This document shows, piece by piece, positions 46,153-53,633 of a DNA stretch of 64,000 nt (its first letter is position 1; every line of letters starts with the position of its first letter). This stretch comes from Anaerolineales bacterium (GTDB taxonomy: Bacteria; Chloroflexota; Anaerolineae; Anaerolineales; UBA11579), in the NCBI GenBank assembly GCA_019454165.1, contig CP075367.1, positions 956,179 to 1,020,178 of the forward strand, written 5' to 3'. The notes beneath the pieces were generated by a model that did not search any database, was not told where the DNA came from, and worked only from the letters and a program-made list of their open reading frames with translations. Both the position numbers and the translations under genes were made by a program.

Positions 46153-46404
46153 ATGGAACAAGCATTGTATTGGCTGACCGGCGCGCTGGGCGTGCCGTTG
46201 GTGAATTGGCTCAAAGCCCGCTACGGCCTGCAGGGCCGCGCCGCCATGTGGCTCACCACCGCCGTGGCGGCGCTGCTGGGCCTGGCGGCCGCGCTGCTCA
46301 GCCGTGAGCTTGCGCCGGGCAGCCTGCAGCCGGAGGGGCTGCTGGCTGCCTTCGGCCAGGTGCTGGCCGCCGCCACGCTGGCCTACAAGCTGCTGGCGGA
46401 GTAG
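46153..46404 (+). CDS. Holin-like small membrane protein (83 aa, 2-3 TM)
   Basis: SD TAGGGGGGAACT precedes ATG 46153. The product begins MEQALYWLTGALGVPLVNWLKARYGLQGRAAMWLTTAVAALLGLAAALL. Confidence 0.45.
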   Translation: MEQALYWLTGALGVPLVNWLKARYGLQGRAAMWLTTAVAALLGLAAALLSRELAPGSLQPEGLLAAFGQVLAAATLAYKLLAE

Positions 46405-46408
46405 AGCC

Positions 46409-46522
46409 GTCATTCCGACGAGGCGAAGGCCGAGGAGGAATCCTTTAGGACGGAAAGAACCGGCCTGAGCTTGCAATGCCCTAAAGGATTCCTCGCCTTC
46501 GCTTCGCTCGGCTCGGAATGAC
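46409..46522. repeat. Palindromic MITE-like element, copy C
   Basis: GTCATTCCGACGAGGCGAAGG...GAGGAATCCTTTAGG // CCTAAAGGATTCCTC...CCTTCGC..TCGGCTCGGAATGAC. The whole ~114 nt folds as one long hairpin. Confidence 0.8.
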
Positions 46523-46542
46523 AAATGTGCAATAATTTAACG

Positions 46543-47100
46543 ATGGACATTCGCATTGTGGACGCTGCCACGCTGCCAGCCGAGGGCCGCCCGCAGCTGG
46601 CGCAAGTGCTGGTAGACGCTTTTGCCGAGAGCTGGCCCACGGCCTGGCCTACCCTGGCGGATGCGCTGGAGGAGCTGGAAGACTTCAACGACCCGCAGCG
46701 CATTTGCCGCGCCGCCGTGGATGACGGCGGCCGCGTGGTGGGCTGGATCGGCGGCATCCCTGAATATGACGGCAACGTGTGGGAGCTGCATCCGCTGGCG
46801 GTAGCCCCGCCGTTTCAAGGGCTGGGCATAGGCCGTGCCCTCGTATTGGACTTCGAAGCCCAGGTGCGTGCCCGCGGCGGCGGGCTGGTCATGCTCGGCT
46901 CGGATGACGAGAACGGCATGACCTCGCTGGCCGGGCAAGACCTGTTTCCCGACCCGCTGCAGAAGCTGGCCGCCATCCAGGCGGTGAAGGCACACCCGTT
47001 CGTCTTCTATCAGAAGATGGGCTATGCGCTGATCAGTGTCGTGCCGGATGCGAACGGGCCGGGCAAGCCGGACATTCTGATGGGCAAGCGCATCTCGTGA
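46543..47100 (+). CDS. GNAT family acetyltransferase (AAC(6')-like)
   Basis: MDIRIVDAATL...ELHPLAVAPPFQGLGIGRALVLDFE carries the acetyl-CoA motif. The ATG at 46525 is an alternative start but abuts the repeat. Confidence 0.75.
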   Translation: MDIRIVDAATLPAEGRPQLAQVLVDAFAESWPTAWPTLADALEELEDFNDPQRICRAAVDDGGRVVGWIGGIPEYDGNVWELHPLAVAPPFQGLGIGRALVLDFEAQVRARGGGLVMLGSDDENGMTSLAGQDLFPDPLQKLAAIQAVKAHPFVFYQKMGYALISVVPDANGPGKPDILMGKRIS

Positions 47101-47567
47101 TGGACACGGCTGCCTTGCTGGCTTCCGCTCAGCGCCATTTTGCAAGCCCAGGCGAGCCGCGGGCGGCCTCCCAGCGCCACTTTGCCAGCCAAGGCGAGCC
47201 GCAGGCTGCCGCTGGCCTGACCCTGCTGCAGCGCAACGGCCAGCCCATCGGGCTGGCCTTGCTGACGCACCAGCCGGATGGGCTGGCTTACTTGCGCGCC
47301 TTTGAAGACGGTATGCAAGCCGTGCTGGCCGCCCGCCAGCAGCAGCCCAGCTGGCAGCTGGCGCTGGTGGTGGACATGCAGCCCGCATTCGAGCCGCAGG
47401 CCGCCTCGTACCGGGCCGCGCTCAAGAAATATTCCAACTCTGTGGTGTTTGAGGATGTGGGCATCGGCCTGTTGCTGCTTGGCCGGCCGCAGCCGGTTTG
47501 GCTGCCGCCCGCCGAGGTCAGCGCCTTCCTGCGCCAGCTCGACCGCTGGCTGTTGGCGGCTCGCTAG
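47097..47567 (+). CDS. Hypothetical protein with short internal duplication
   Basis: ATGA overlap with the GNAT stop. It contains the duplication QRHFASPGEPRAAS / QRHFASQGEPQAA. Confidence 0.45.
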   Translation: MMDTAALLASAQRHFASPGEPRAASQRHFASQGEPQAAAGLTLLQRNGQPIGLALLTHQPDGLAYLRAFEDGMQAVLAARQQQPSWQLALVVDMQPAFEPQAASYRAALKKYSNSVVFEDVGIGLLLLGRPQPVWLPPAEVSAFLRQLDRWLLAAR

Positions 47568-47578
47568 CAGCCAGGCTG

Positions 47579-49186
47579 CTAGGCCGCTACGGCTGCCCGT
47601 TTGAGCGCCCGGGCCGGCAGCTCACCAAGATCGGCCATCATCTTGAGGAACACCGGCAGGATGTGCGGGTCAAAGTGAGTGCCCATCTGCTTGCTCATGA
47701 ATTCGGCGGTGCGCGAGGGTGACCAGGCTTTGCGATACGGCCGGTCCGAGGTCAGCGCGTCCCATACATCCACCACGGCGAACAGGCGCGCCGGGGCGGG
47801 GATGCGGGTGCCTTTTAACCGGCGCGGGTAGCCGGTGCCATCCCAACGTTCGTGATGGGCATAAGGGATGGGCAGCGCCGAATGCAAAAAGACGATGGGC
47901 CGCAACATATCGCGGGCGTAATTGGGGTGACGGCGCATGATGCGCCATTCGCTATCGTTCAGTTTGCCGGGCTTGTTCAGGATCGCATCCGGCACGCCCA
48001 GCTTGCCAATATCGTGCAGCAGCGCGCCGCGGCGGATATCGGTCACCTCGGAGTCGTTGTAGCCCAGGCGGGTGGCCAGCTCGACTGCCAGGCGCGTCAC
48101 GCGCTGCGTGTGGCCCTCGGTCTCCTGGTCGCGCAATTCCAGCGCCTTGGCCCAGCCCAGCAGGGTGCGCTCGTATTCCTCCTCGCGCTGGATGTGAGCG
48201 CCCAGGATGTCGGCCACGGCGTGCAGCGCATCGGTCTCCGCCGCGCCCCATTTGCGCCGGTTGGTGATGGAGGCCAGGCTGATGCTGCCCCACCACTGGC
48301 TGCCGGCGAAGATCGGCATGACCAGCATGGAGCGGATCTCCTCCTGGCTCATCATGGCGCGGATGCTGGCGCTGAGCACATCCGTAGTGCTACTCACCGC
48401 TTTACCGGCGGCCAACTGCTGCTGCCATTCCTGCAAGCCGGCATCTTCATGGGCGATCTTGCGCAGGCCCATGCGATCTTTGAAGCGCGGGTCAGACACC
48501 CACTCTTTGCGCAGCGAGAGCATGGTGCCTTTTTTGTTGCTGTTGGGAATGTTCTGGAACAGGCGCACGCGCTCCACCTGGGTGGCTTTGCCCAGGCTGG
48601 ACAGCATGTCAGGGATGGGCTCTACATACTTATCCGCCTTGAGCGTTTCTTCGGCGATGCCGGCGATGGTCTCCAGGATGGAGCCGCGGTATTGCAGCCC
48701 GGCCTGGGCGCGCTTGCGGGCGTGCAGTTCCGCGCTGAGCTGGCTGTTCAGGTCAGACAGTTGGCGGGTGCGGGTCTTGACCCGGCCTTCGAGCTGGGCG
48801 TTGAGGTATTGCAGCGCCTTCTCAGCCGTCTCACGCAGGCTGATCTCTTTGAGCAGCTCTTTGCGCGTCTCACTGATGAAGCCGGCGCTGGCGCCGTAGA
48901 ACAGAATGATGAAGGTGTTGAACACCAGCGCCAGCGGGTCTTGCAGCGAATTGGCGCCGGCCAGCAGCAGCAGGATCATGTTGGTGGAGATGGAGGTGAG
49001 GGCGGCCACCAGACCGCCGCCCAGGCCAAAGTACCAGGCGATCACCAATACAGGGATGGCGGCCGCCGTGCCGGCAATGTTGCCGAGGTAGGGATAGCCA
49101 TAGAAGACGAGCAGGATGTAAGCAGAAAGCGAGACAAGCAAAGAGACAAATCGATCTACAACATCGCTTTGCTTGGTATCCATCAA
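47579..49186 (-). CDS. Membrane GAF + HD-GYP c-di-GMP phosphodiesterase
   Basis: N-terminal TM segments, a coiled coil and a GAF-like region. The HD-GYP domain has LLHDIGKLGVPDAIL and HHERWDGTGYPRRLKG. Confidence 0.85.
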   Translation of the reverse strand: MMDTKQSDVVDRFVSLLVSLSAYILLVFYGYPYLGNIAGTAAAIPVLVIAWYFGLGGGLVAALTSISTNMILLLLAGANSLQDPLALVFNTFIILFYGASAGFISETRKELLKEISLRETAEKALQYLNAQLEGRVKTRTRQLSDLNSQLSAELHARKRAQAGLQYRGSILETIAGIAEETLKADKYVEPIPDMLSSLGKATQVERVRLFQNIPNSNKKGTMLSLRKEWVSDPRFKDRMGLRKIAHEDAGLQEWQQQLAAGKAVSSTTDVLSASIRAMMSQEEIRSMLVMPIFAGSQWWGSISLASITNRRKWGAAETDALHAVADILGAHIQREEEYERTLLGWAKALELRDQETEGHTQRVTRLAVELATRLGYNDSEVTDIRRGALLHDIGKLGVPDAILNKPGKLNDSEWRIMRRHPNYARDMLRPIVFLHSALPIPYAHHERWDGTGYPRRLKGTRIPAPARLFAVVDVWDALTSDRPYRKAWSPSRTAEFMSKQMGTHFDPHILPVFLKMMADLGELPARALKRAAVAA

Positions 49187-49198
49187 AACCCCGTTAGT

Positions 49199-50920
49199 TC
49201 ATTCTAGCCATTTTTGCAGTTGTTTGATAGTCCAGGTATTGATCACATCGGCTGGGGTGACCCAGCCGCGGCGGGCGGTGGCCACGCCAAAAAACAGGAA
49301 ATCCATATGATCGGCGTGGTGCGAGTCGGTGTTGATCGAGAGCTTGATCCCCATCTCCACGGCGCGGCGGGCCTGCACATCATCCAGATCCAGGCGGGCC
49401 GGGTTGGCGTTGATCTCCAGCGCGGTGCCGGTTTCGGCGGCCGCCTTCAGCACGGCGTCCATGTCCAGGTCGGCGCCCTCGCGGTCTGGCAGCTTGCGGT
49501 TGGTGGGGTGGCCGATGATGTCGACGTGCGGGTGGTGGATGGCAGCCAGCATGCGCTCGGTGATCTGGGCGCGCGGCTGGCGCATGCTCTGGTGCACGGA
49601 GGCCACCACAATATCCAGCGAGGCCAGCACATCATCCGGCAGGTCCAGCGTGCCGTCGGCGCGCACTTCCACTTCCACGCCATGCAGGATGGTGAGCGCA
49701 TCGCCCATCTTCTTGCGGGCCTTCTCGATCTCCTTGCGCTGCTCGATCACCTTCTCAGGCGTCAGGCCGTTGAGGATGCCGATGGCGGCCGAGTGGTCGG
49801 TGACCGCCAGGATCTTGTAGCCGTGCGCCACGGCCGCCTCAGCCATCTCCAGGATGCTTTGCTGGCCATCGCTCCAGGTGGTGTGGCTGTGCAGCTCAGC
49901 CTTGATGTGCTTGACCTCGATCAGCTTGGGCAGCTTCTTCTCGAGCGCCAGCTGGATCTCGCCGCGGTCTTCGCGGATCTCGGGCGGAACCCAGTCCATG
50001 CCCAGGATCTGGTAGACCTCTTCTTCTGTGGCGCACAAGATCTCGCTGCCGTCTTCTTTTTCAAAGGATTGGTCGGAGAGCGAGAGGCCAATATCCAGCG
50101 CCATCTCGCGCAGGCGCACATTGTGCTCCTTGGAGCCGGTGGCGTATTGCAGGGCGGTGCCGAAGCGGGCCGGCTCATGCACCCAGATCTGGCCGCGCAT
50201 CCCGTTGTGGAATTCGACGCCGGATTTGACCGTGCCGCTGCCGGTGACACGCGCCACGTTGGGCGCCTCGGTGAACGCCTTGATGACCTTTTCTGGGTCG
50301 GTGGAGGAGACCAGAATGTCAATATCGCCAATGCTGCTACGCATGCGCCGCAGGCTGCCAGCCGCCTCGGCCCGCTTCACGCCCTTGACCTTGCGCAGGG
50401 TCTCCAGCAGCTCCTGCGCAAAGGGCCACACGTTGCCCAGCGGCAGGCGGCCGCTGCGGCGGCCGAGCGCCTCGATGCCGGTCAGGATCTTGGTCTCGGA
50501 CTTTGGACCCATGCCGGGCAGGTCTTGCAGCTTGCCCTCCTGGGCGGCGGCTTTCAGCTCATCGATTGTGGTGATGCCCAGCTCGCGGTAGAACATGGCG
50601 ATCTTCTTGGGGCCGAGGTCTGGGATGCGCAGCAGGGTGGCCAGCTCCTGGGGTACCTCTTTCTTGAGCTTCTCGAGGAAGCTCATCTCGCCGGTGCTGA
50701 GCAGCTCGTCGATCTTCTCGGCGATGGCTTTGCCCACACCGGGGATCTCCAGCAGCGCTTTTTGCCCGCCTTCGGCCCAGATGGTGGTCACATCCCGGCC
50801 TAAATTCGTCAGGTTTTCGGAGGCTTTGCGGTAGGCCAGGGTCTTGTAGACCACCTCGCCCTTGATCTCGAGGAGATTGGCGATGAGGAGGAAGGTATCG
50901 GCCAGCTCTTTATTGGTCAT
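49199..50920 (-). CDS. polX: DNA polymerase X family protein with C-terminal PHP domain (PolX)
   Basis: From ATG 50920: MTNKELADTFLLIANLLEIKGE...YRKASENL. HhH motifs, the nucleotidyltransferase core GSLRRMRSSIGDIDILV, and a PHP domain with LHSHTTWSDG. Confidence 0.9.
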   Translation of the reverse strand: MTNKELADTFLLIANLLEIKGEVVYKTLAYRKASENLTNLGRDVTTIWAEGGQKALLEIPGVGKAIAEKIDELLSTGEMSFLEKLKKEVPQELATLLRIPDLGPKKIAMFYRELGITTIDELKAAAQEGKLQDLPGMGPKSETKILTGIEALGRRSGRLPLGNVWPFAQELLETLRKVKGVKRAEAAGSLRRMRSSIGDIDILVSSTDPEKVIKAFTEAPNVARVTGSGTVKSGVEFHNGMRGQIWVHEPARFGTALQYATGSKEHNVRLREMALDIGLSLSDQSFEKEDGSEILCATEEEVYQILGMDWVPPEIREDRGEIQLALEKKLPKLIEVKHIKAELHSHTTWSDGQQSILEMAEAAVAHGYKILAVTDHSAAIGILNGLTPEKVIEQRKEIEKARKKMGDALTILHGVEVEVRADGTLDLPDDVLASLDIVVASVHQSMRQPRAQITERMLAAIHHPHVDIIGHPTNRKLPDREGADLDMDAVLKAAAETGTALEINANPARLDLDDVQARRAVEMGIKLSINTDSHHADHMDFLFFGVATARRGWVTPADVINTWTIKQLQKWLE

Positions 50921-51043
50921 TGGCGCATTATACGCCGTGTTATAATCTCTGCGCTTCCAGCTGTATTGGGTATAGCGTTCCAGTGTGGACGCTTTATTTA
51001 TGTAAGGCAGGCGGCAGTCCACGATGGAAAGGTGGTGTTAGGT

Positions 51044-51274
51044 TTGCCCAAGGTTGTTCTCAGGCCCGGTGAGTCGCAAGGCTCTCTGCTGAAGCGCTTC
51101 CGCAAGAAAGTTGCCCGCAGCAAAGTGCTGAGCACGGTGCGCCGCAAGCGCTGGTTCATTTCTACCAATGAGCAGCGCCGTATGGAGAAGCAAAAAGCCA
51201 TTCGCAAAGCGCAGCGTCGCCTCTCTGGCTGGAAGCCCAAGCCACGGCCTACTTCTGGCTCCGCCCAGTCGTAA
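51044..51274 (+). CDS. rpsU: 30S ribosomal protein S21
   Basis: TTG 51044 follows GGAAAGGTGGTG and gives MPKVVLRPGESQGSLLKRFRKKVARSKVLSTVRRKRWFISTNEQRRMEKQKAIRKAQRR, the S21 pattern. The exact start is uncertain. Confidence 0.8.
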   Translation: MPKVVLRPGESQGSLLKRFRKKVARSKVLSTVRRKRWFISTNEQRRMEKQKAIRKAQRRLSGWKPKPRPTSGSAQS

Positions 51275-51278
51275 AACC

Positions 51279-51311
51279 AAAGCGGCCCCGAATTTTCGGG
51301 GCCGCTTTTTG
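51279..51311 (+). terminator. Intrinsic terminator after rpsU
   Basis: AGCGGCCCCG-aatttt-CGGGGCCGCTTTTT. Confidence 0.85.
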
Positions 51312-51336
51312 TTTGCCTGCTCAGCAGGCGGCTGGT

Positions 51337-51504
51337 CTAGCCGCCTGCGACCGGCTGGCCGAAGATCAGCGAGATGATGAACAGAACAATGAAGATGAAG
51401 AACAAGCCCTTGGCAATGCTCGTGGCGGTACCCGCCACGCCGCGAAAACCGAACAGGGCCGCGATGACTGCAATGATCAAAAACCAGATCGCCCAACTTA
51501 ACAT
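51337..51504 (-). CDS. UPF0391 / DUF1328 small membrane protein (55 aa)
   Basis: Below the ORF-track cut-off. SD AGGAGGAT precedes ATG 51504. The product is [49 protein letters not shown]. Confidence 0.8.
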   Translation of the reverse strand: MLSWAIWFLIIAVIAALFGFRGVAGTATSIAKGLFFIFIVLFIISLIFGQPVAGG

Positions 51505-51512
51505 AGATCCTC

Positions 51513-51746
51513 CTAGATAGTCTTCTTCTTGGTTGTTGTTTTCCTGGCTGCTTTCTTCACAGCCTTTTTCTTTTGCGCCGGCACTTTGGCGCCCTTCTCA
51601 CGCGCTTCCGAAAGGCCAATGGCGATCGCCTGCTTGCGGCTGGTCACCTTCTGGCCTGAGCTGGAGCGCAGGGTGCCCTTCTTGCGCTTGCGCATGGCGC
51701 TGGCTACGCTCTTTTGAGCTGCTTCTCCATATTTGGCCATCATCAA
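51513..51746 (-). CDS. Small basic protein with conserved [20 protein letters not shown] motif and Lys-rich tail
   Basis: [54 protein letters not shown] matches a widespread small-protein family. I recall it as DUF6496, but the number is not certain. Confidence 0.65.
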   Translation of the reverse strand: MMMAKYGEAAQKSVASAMRKRKKGTLRSSSGQKVTSRKQAIAIGLSEAREKGAKVPAQKKKAVKKAARKTTTKKKTI

Positions 51747-51894
51747 CCTCGTGTTGGGGCAAACGAGCGCGTATGGCGGGTATTACTGCCTGGCACAGAA
51801 TGAGAGCACTCTCATTTTGAGGCGGCGCGATAACAGGGCGAACCTGGCAGCGTTGGCAGGAGTACATCCACTATTCGATACGTAGGAGGTTGAG

Positions 51895-52071
51895 ATGAAC
51901 CAGCACGACAAAGAGCGAAAGGATGAGCGCGAGCCGGTGCGCCCTCCGATCGAAGGCGATGAGAACTTGCCCGACGGGGCTATTCACCATACCCCCGAGC
52001 AGGCGCCTGGCCAGACCCCTCAACGCGAGCGGGAAGACAAAGGCCGCATCGAAGAGGAGCTGGCGGCCTGA
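51895..52071 (+). CDS. Small hydrophilic charged protein (58 aa)
   Basis: Below the cut-off. SD TAGGAGGT precedes ATG 51895. The product begins MNQHDKERKDEREPVRPPIEGDENLPDG and is followed by a clean terminator. Confidence 0.5.
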   Translation: MNQHDKERKDEREPVRPPIEGDENLPDGAIHHTPEQAPGQTPQREREDKGRIEEELAA

Positions 52072-52089
52072 CGGCGCACGGTGTTAAAC

Positions 52090-52121
52090 AAAAGAGCGAG
52101 GGAATGCCCTCGCTCTTTTTT
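52090..52121. terminator. Bidirectional intrinsic terminator
   Basis: AAAAGAGCGAGGG-aatg-CCCTCGCTCTTTTTT. Confidence 0.85.
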
Positions 52122-52138
52122 ATTGCGAAACTACGGAA

Positions 52139-52486
52139 TTAGGGCATGACCCATTCGTACACTACGCGCAGCAGGGCGCCGGCAGCAGCTGCACCAGCAG
52201 CCCAGGCCGCACCACCCAGCACGCCGGCCACCAGGCCGCCCAGCATGGGGACGAACATATCACCACCGGCCGAGGAGAACGCAACCAGGGCCAAGGCGGC
52301 CACAAAGAAGCCGGTGCGATCCTTCATCGTGCCAATGTACAGGACGCCGCCCAAGAATGCAGCGACAGCCGAGATGGTCGCCAGAATTTCAGGCAGAGCC
52401 ATTCCCAGCCCGGAGGCCAAACCCCAAATGAGACCGAGCGCAAGGCCAACGATCCAAAGCCACTTACCGATGTTTCCTGTATCCAT
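52139..52486 (-). CDS. Small membrane protein (115 aa)
   Basis: SD CAAGGAGAGAA precedes ATG 52486. The product has 4 Gly/Ala-rich TM segments. Confidence 0.6.
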   Translation of the reverse strand: MDTGNIGKWLWIVGLALGLIWGLASGLGMALPEILATISAVAAFLGGVLYIGTMKDRTGFFVAALALVAFSSAGGDMFVPMLGGLVAGVLGGAAWAAGAAAAGALLRVVYEWVMP

Positions 52487-52668
52487 CTGTTCTCTCCTTG
52501 AGATAGATGTTTGCGACAACCGCCGCTCACAGTTAACAACCCCTGCACAGGTGTGCAGGTTGCACGGTTTTGCCATTGTGAAATAGGGAGCATTCGTAAC
52601 TTTTTGAGACATGGGGAACAGCCACCAGCGGCTTTTGGCAGGGAGTAAAATTGCCCTCAGGTGAACCT

Positions 52669-53346
52669 ATGAAACGTTATCTGCTCTCTGGATTTTTGAT
52701 TCTGCTCCTGACCGCCTGCAGCACGCCGGATGGCGGCTACCCGGGCCGCTACCAGGCCGACATCGACTCCCAGGTGATCGTGCTTACCTTGGCTAAGGAC
52801 GGCGGCGCCACGCTGTGGCAAGACCCCGGTGATGGGCAAGCCCCGCAAGTGGATAGCGGCGCCTGGCTGGGCAGCGAAGATTCGCTGGATGTGACCTTTG
52901 ACGGCGCGGTGCTGACCTTCGGCCGCGCCGATGACGACTCGCTGACCCTGGTGGATGACCTGACCGGCATCGCCCCGGCCGGCCTGGTGCTCCAGCCCAC
53001 CTCGCAGCTGATGGGCACCCGCTGGGTATGGCTGCGCACCGTGGCCAACGGGCAGGTGACCGATCCCAGCACGCCGGAGGCCTTCACGCTCACTTTCAAT
53101 GAAATGGCATATGCCTCGATGGAGACAGATTGCAACTCCGGCCAGGGCGGCTTTGCGGTCGGCCCAGAGCGCAGGCTGCGCCTGCTCTGGATCGCCACCA
53201 CGCAGATGTTCTGCGAAGGCTCCAACGAGGGCGACTTCTACGCCCAGATGGACCTGGTGGAGAGCTACAGCATCACCGCCGACGGCGTGCTGGAGCTGCA
53301 CCTGGGCGGCGAGGGCGGCACGATGGAATTCTCGCCCGAAGCGTAG
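52669..53346 (+). CDS. Lipoprotein with META (HslJ-like) domain
   Basis: MKRYLLSGFLILLLTAC lipobox. The C-terminal half (TRWVWLRT...FTLTFNE...ETDCNSGQGGF...IATTQMFCEG) looks META-like. Confidence 0.6.
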   Translation: MKRYLLSGFLILLLTACSTPDGGYPGRYQADIDSQVIVLTLAKDGGATLWQDPGDGQAPQVDSGAWLGSEDSLDVTFDGAVLTFGRADDDSLTLVDDLTGIAPAGLVLQPTSQLMGTRWVWLRTVANGQVTDPSTPEAFTLTFNEMAYASMETDCNSGQGGFAVGPERRLRLLWIATTQMFCEGSNEGDFYAQMDLVESYSITADGVLELHLGGEGGTMEFSPEA

Positions 53347-53354
53347 GTTCAGGC

Positions 53355-53603
53355 ATGCTGCAAATTCGCCCCAACTGTGAATGCTGCAACGCGGATCTGG
53401 CGCCGGACGCGGATGCCTACATCTGCTCGTTCGAGTGCACCTTCTGCCCGGCCTGCGCGCAAGACAAGCTGCACCTGGTGTGCCCCAACTGCGGCGGCGG
53501 GCTGGTGCGCCGGCCAGTGCGCCCGGCGGCGAAGCTGGCTACGTATCCAGCCTCGACCGAGCGGGTCTACAAGCCCGAAGGCTGCGTCGCCAAAGCCGAC
53601 TAG
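53355..53603 (+). CDS. DUF1272 zinc-ribbon protein
   Basis: MLQIRPNCECCNADLAPDADAYICSFECTFCPACAQDKLHLVCPNCGGGLVRRPVRP is the characteristic DUF1272 pattern. Confidence 0.8.
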   Translation: MLQIRPNCECCNADLAPDADAYICSFECTFCPACAQDKLHLVCPNCGGGLVRRPVRPAAKLATYPASTERVYKPEGCVAKAD

Positions 53604-53633
53604 GCATCTTTTTCCTTCACTTCCGGAGTCATT

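Noticed and set aside
13760-46404. A conventional intact prophage.
   Set aside because: Core cellular genes (typA, rhomboid, nirK, ABC transporters) lie between the phage-like loci. No integrase, att repeats, replication or lysogeny module was seen, and there is no compositional contrast for the structural genes.
47563-47590. The CTAGCAGCC-a-GGCTGCTAG palindrome between convergent genes as a terminator.
   Set aside because: The loop would be a single nucleotide and there is no U-tract. It is more likely a coincidental palindrome around the two stop codons.
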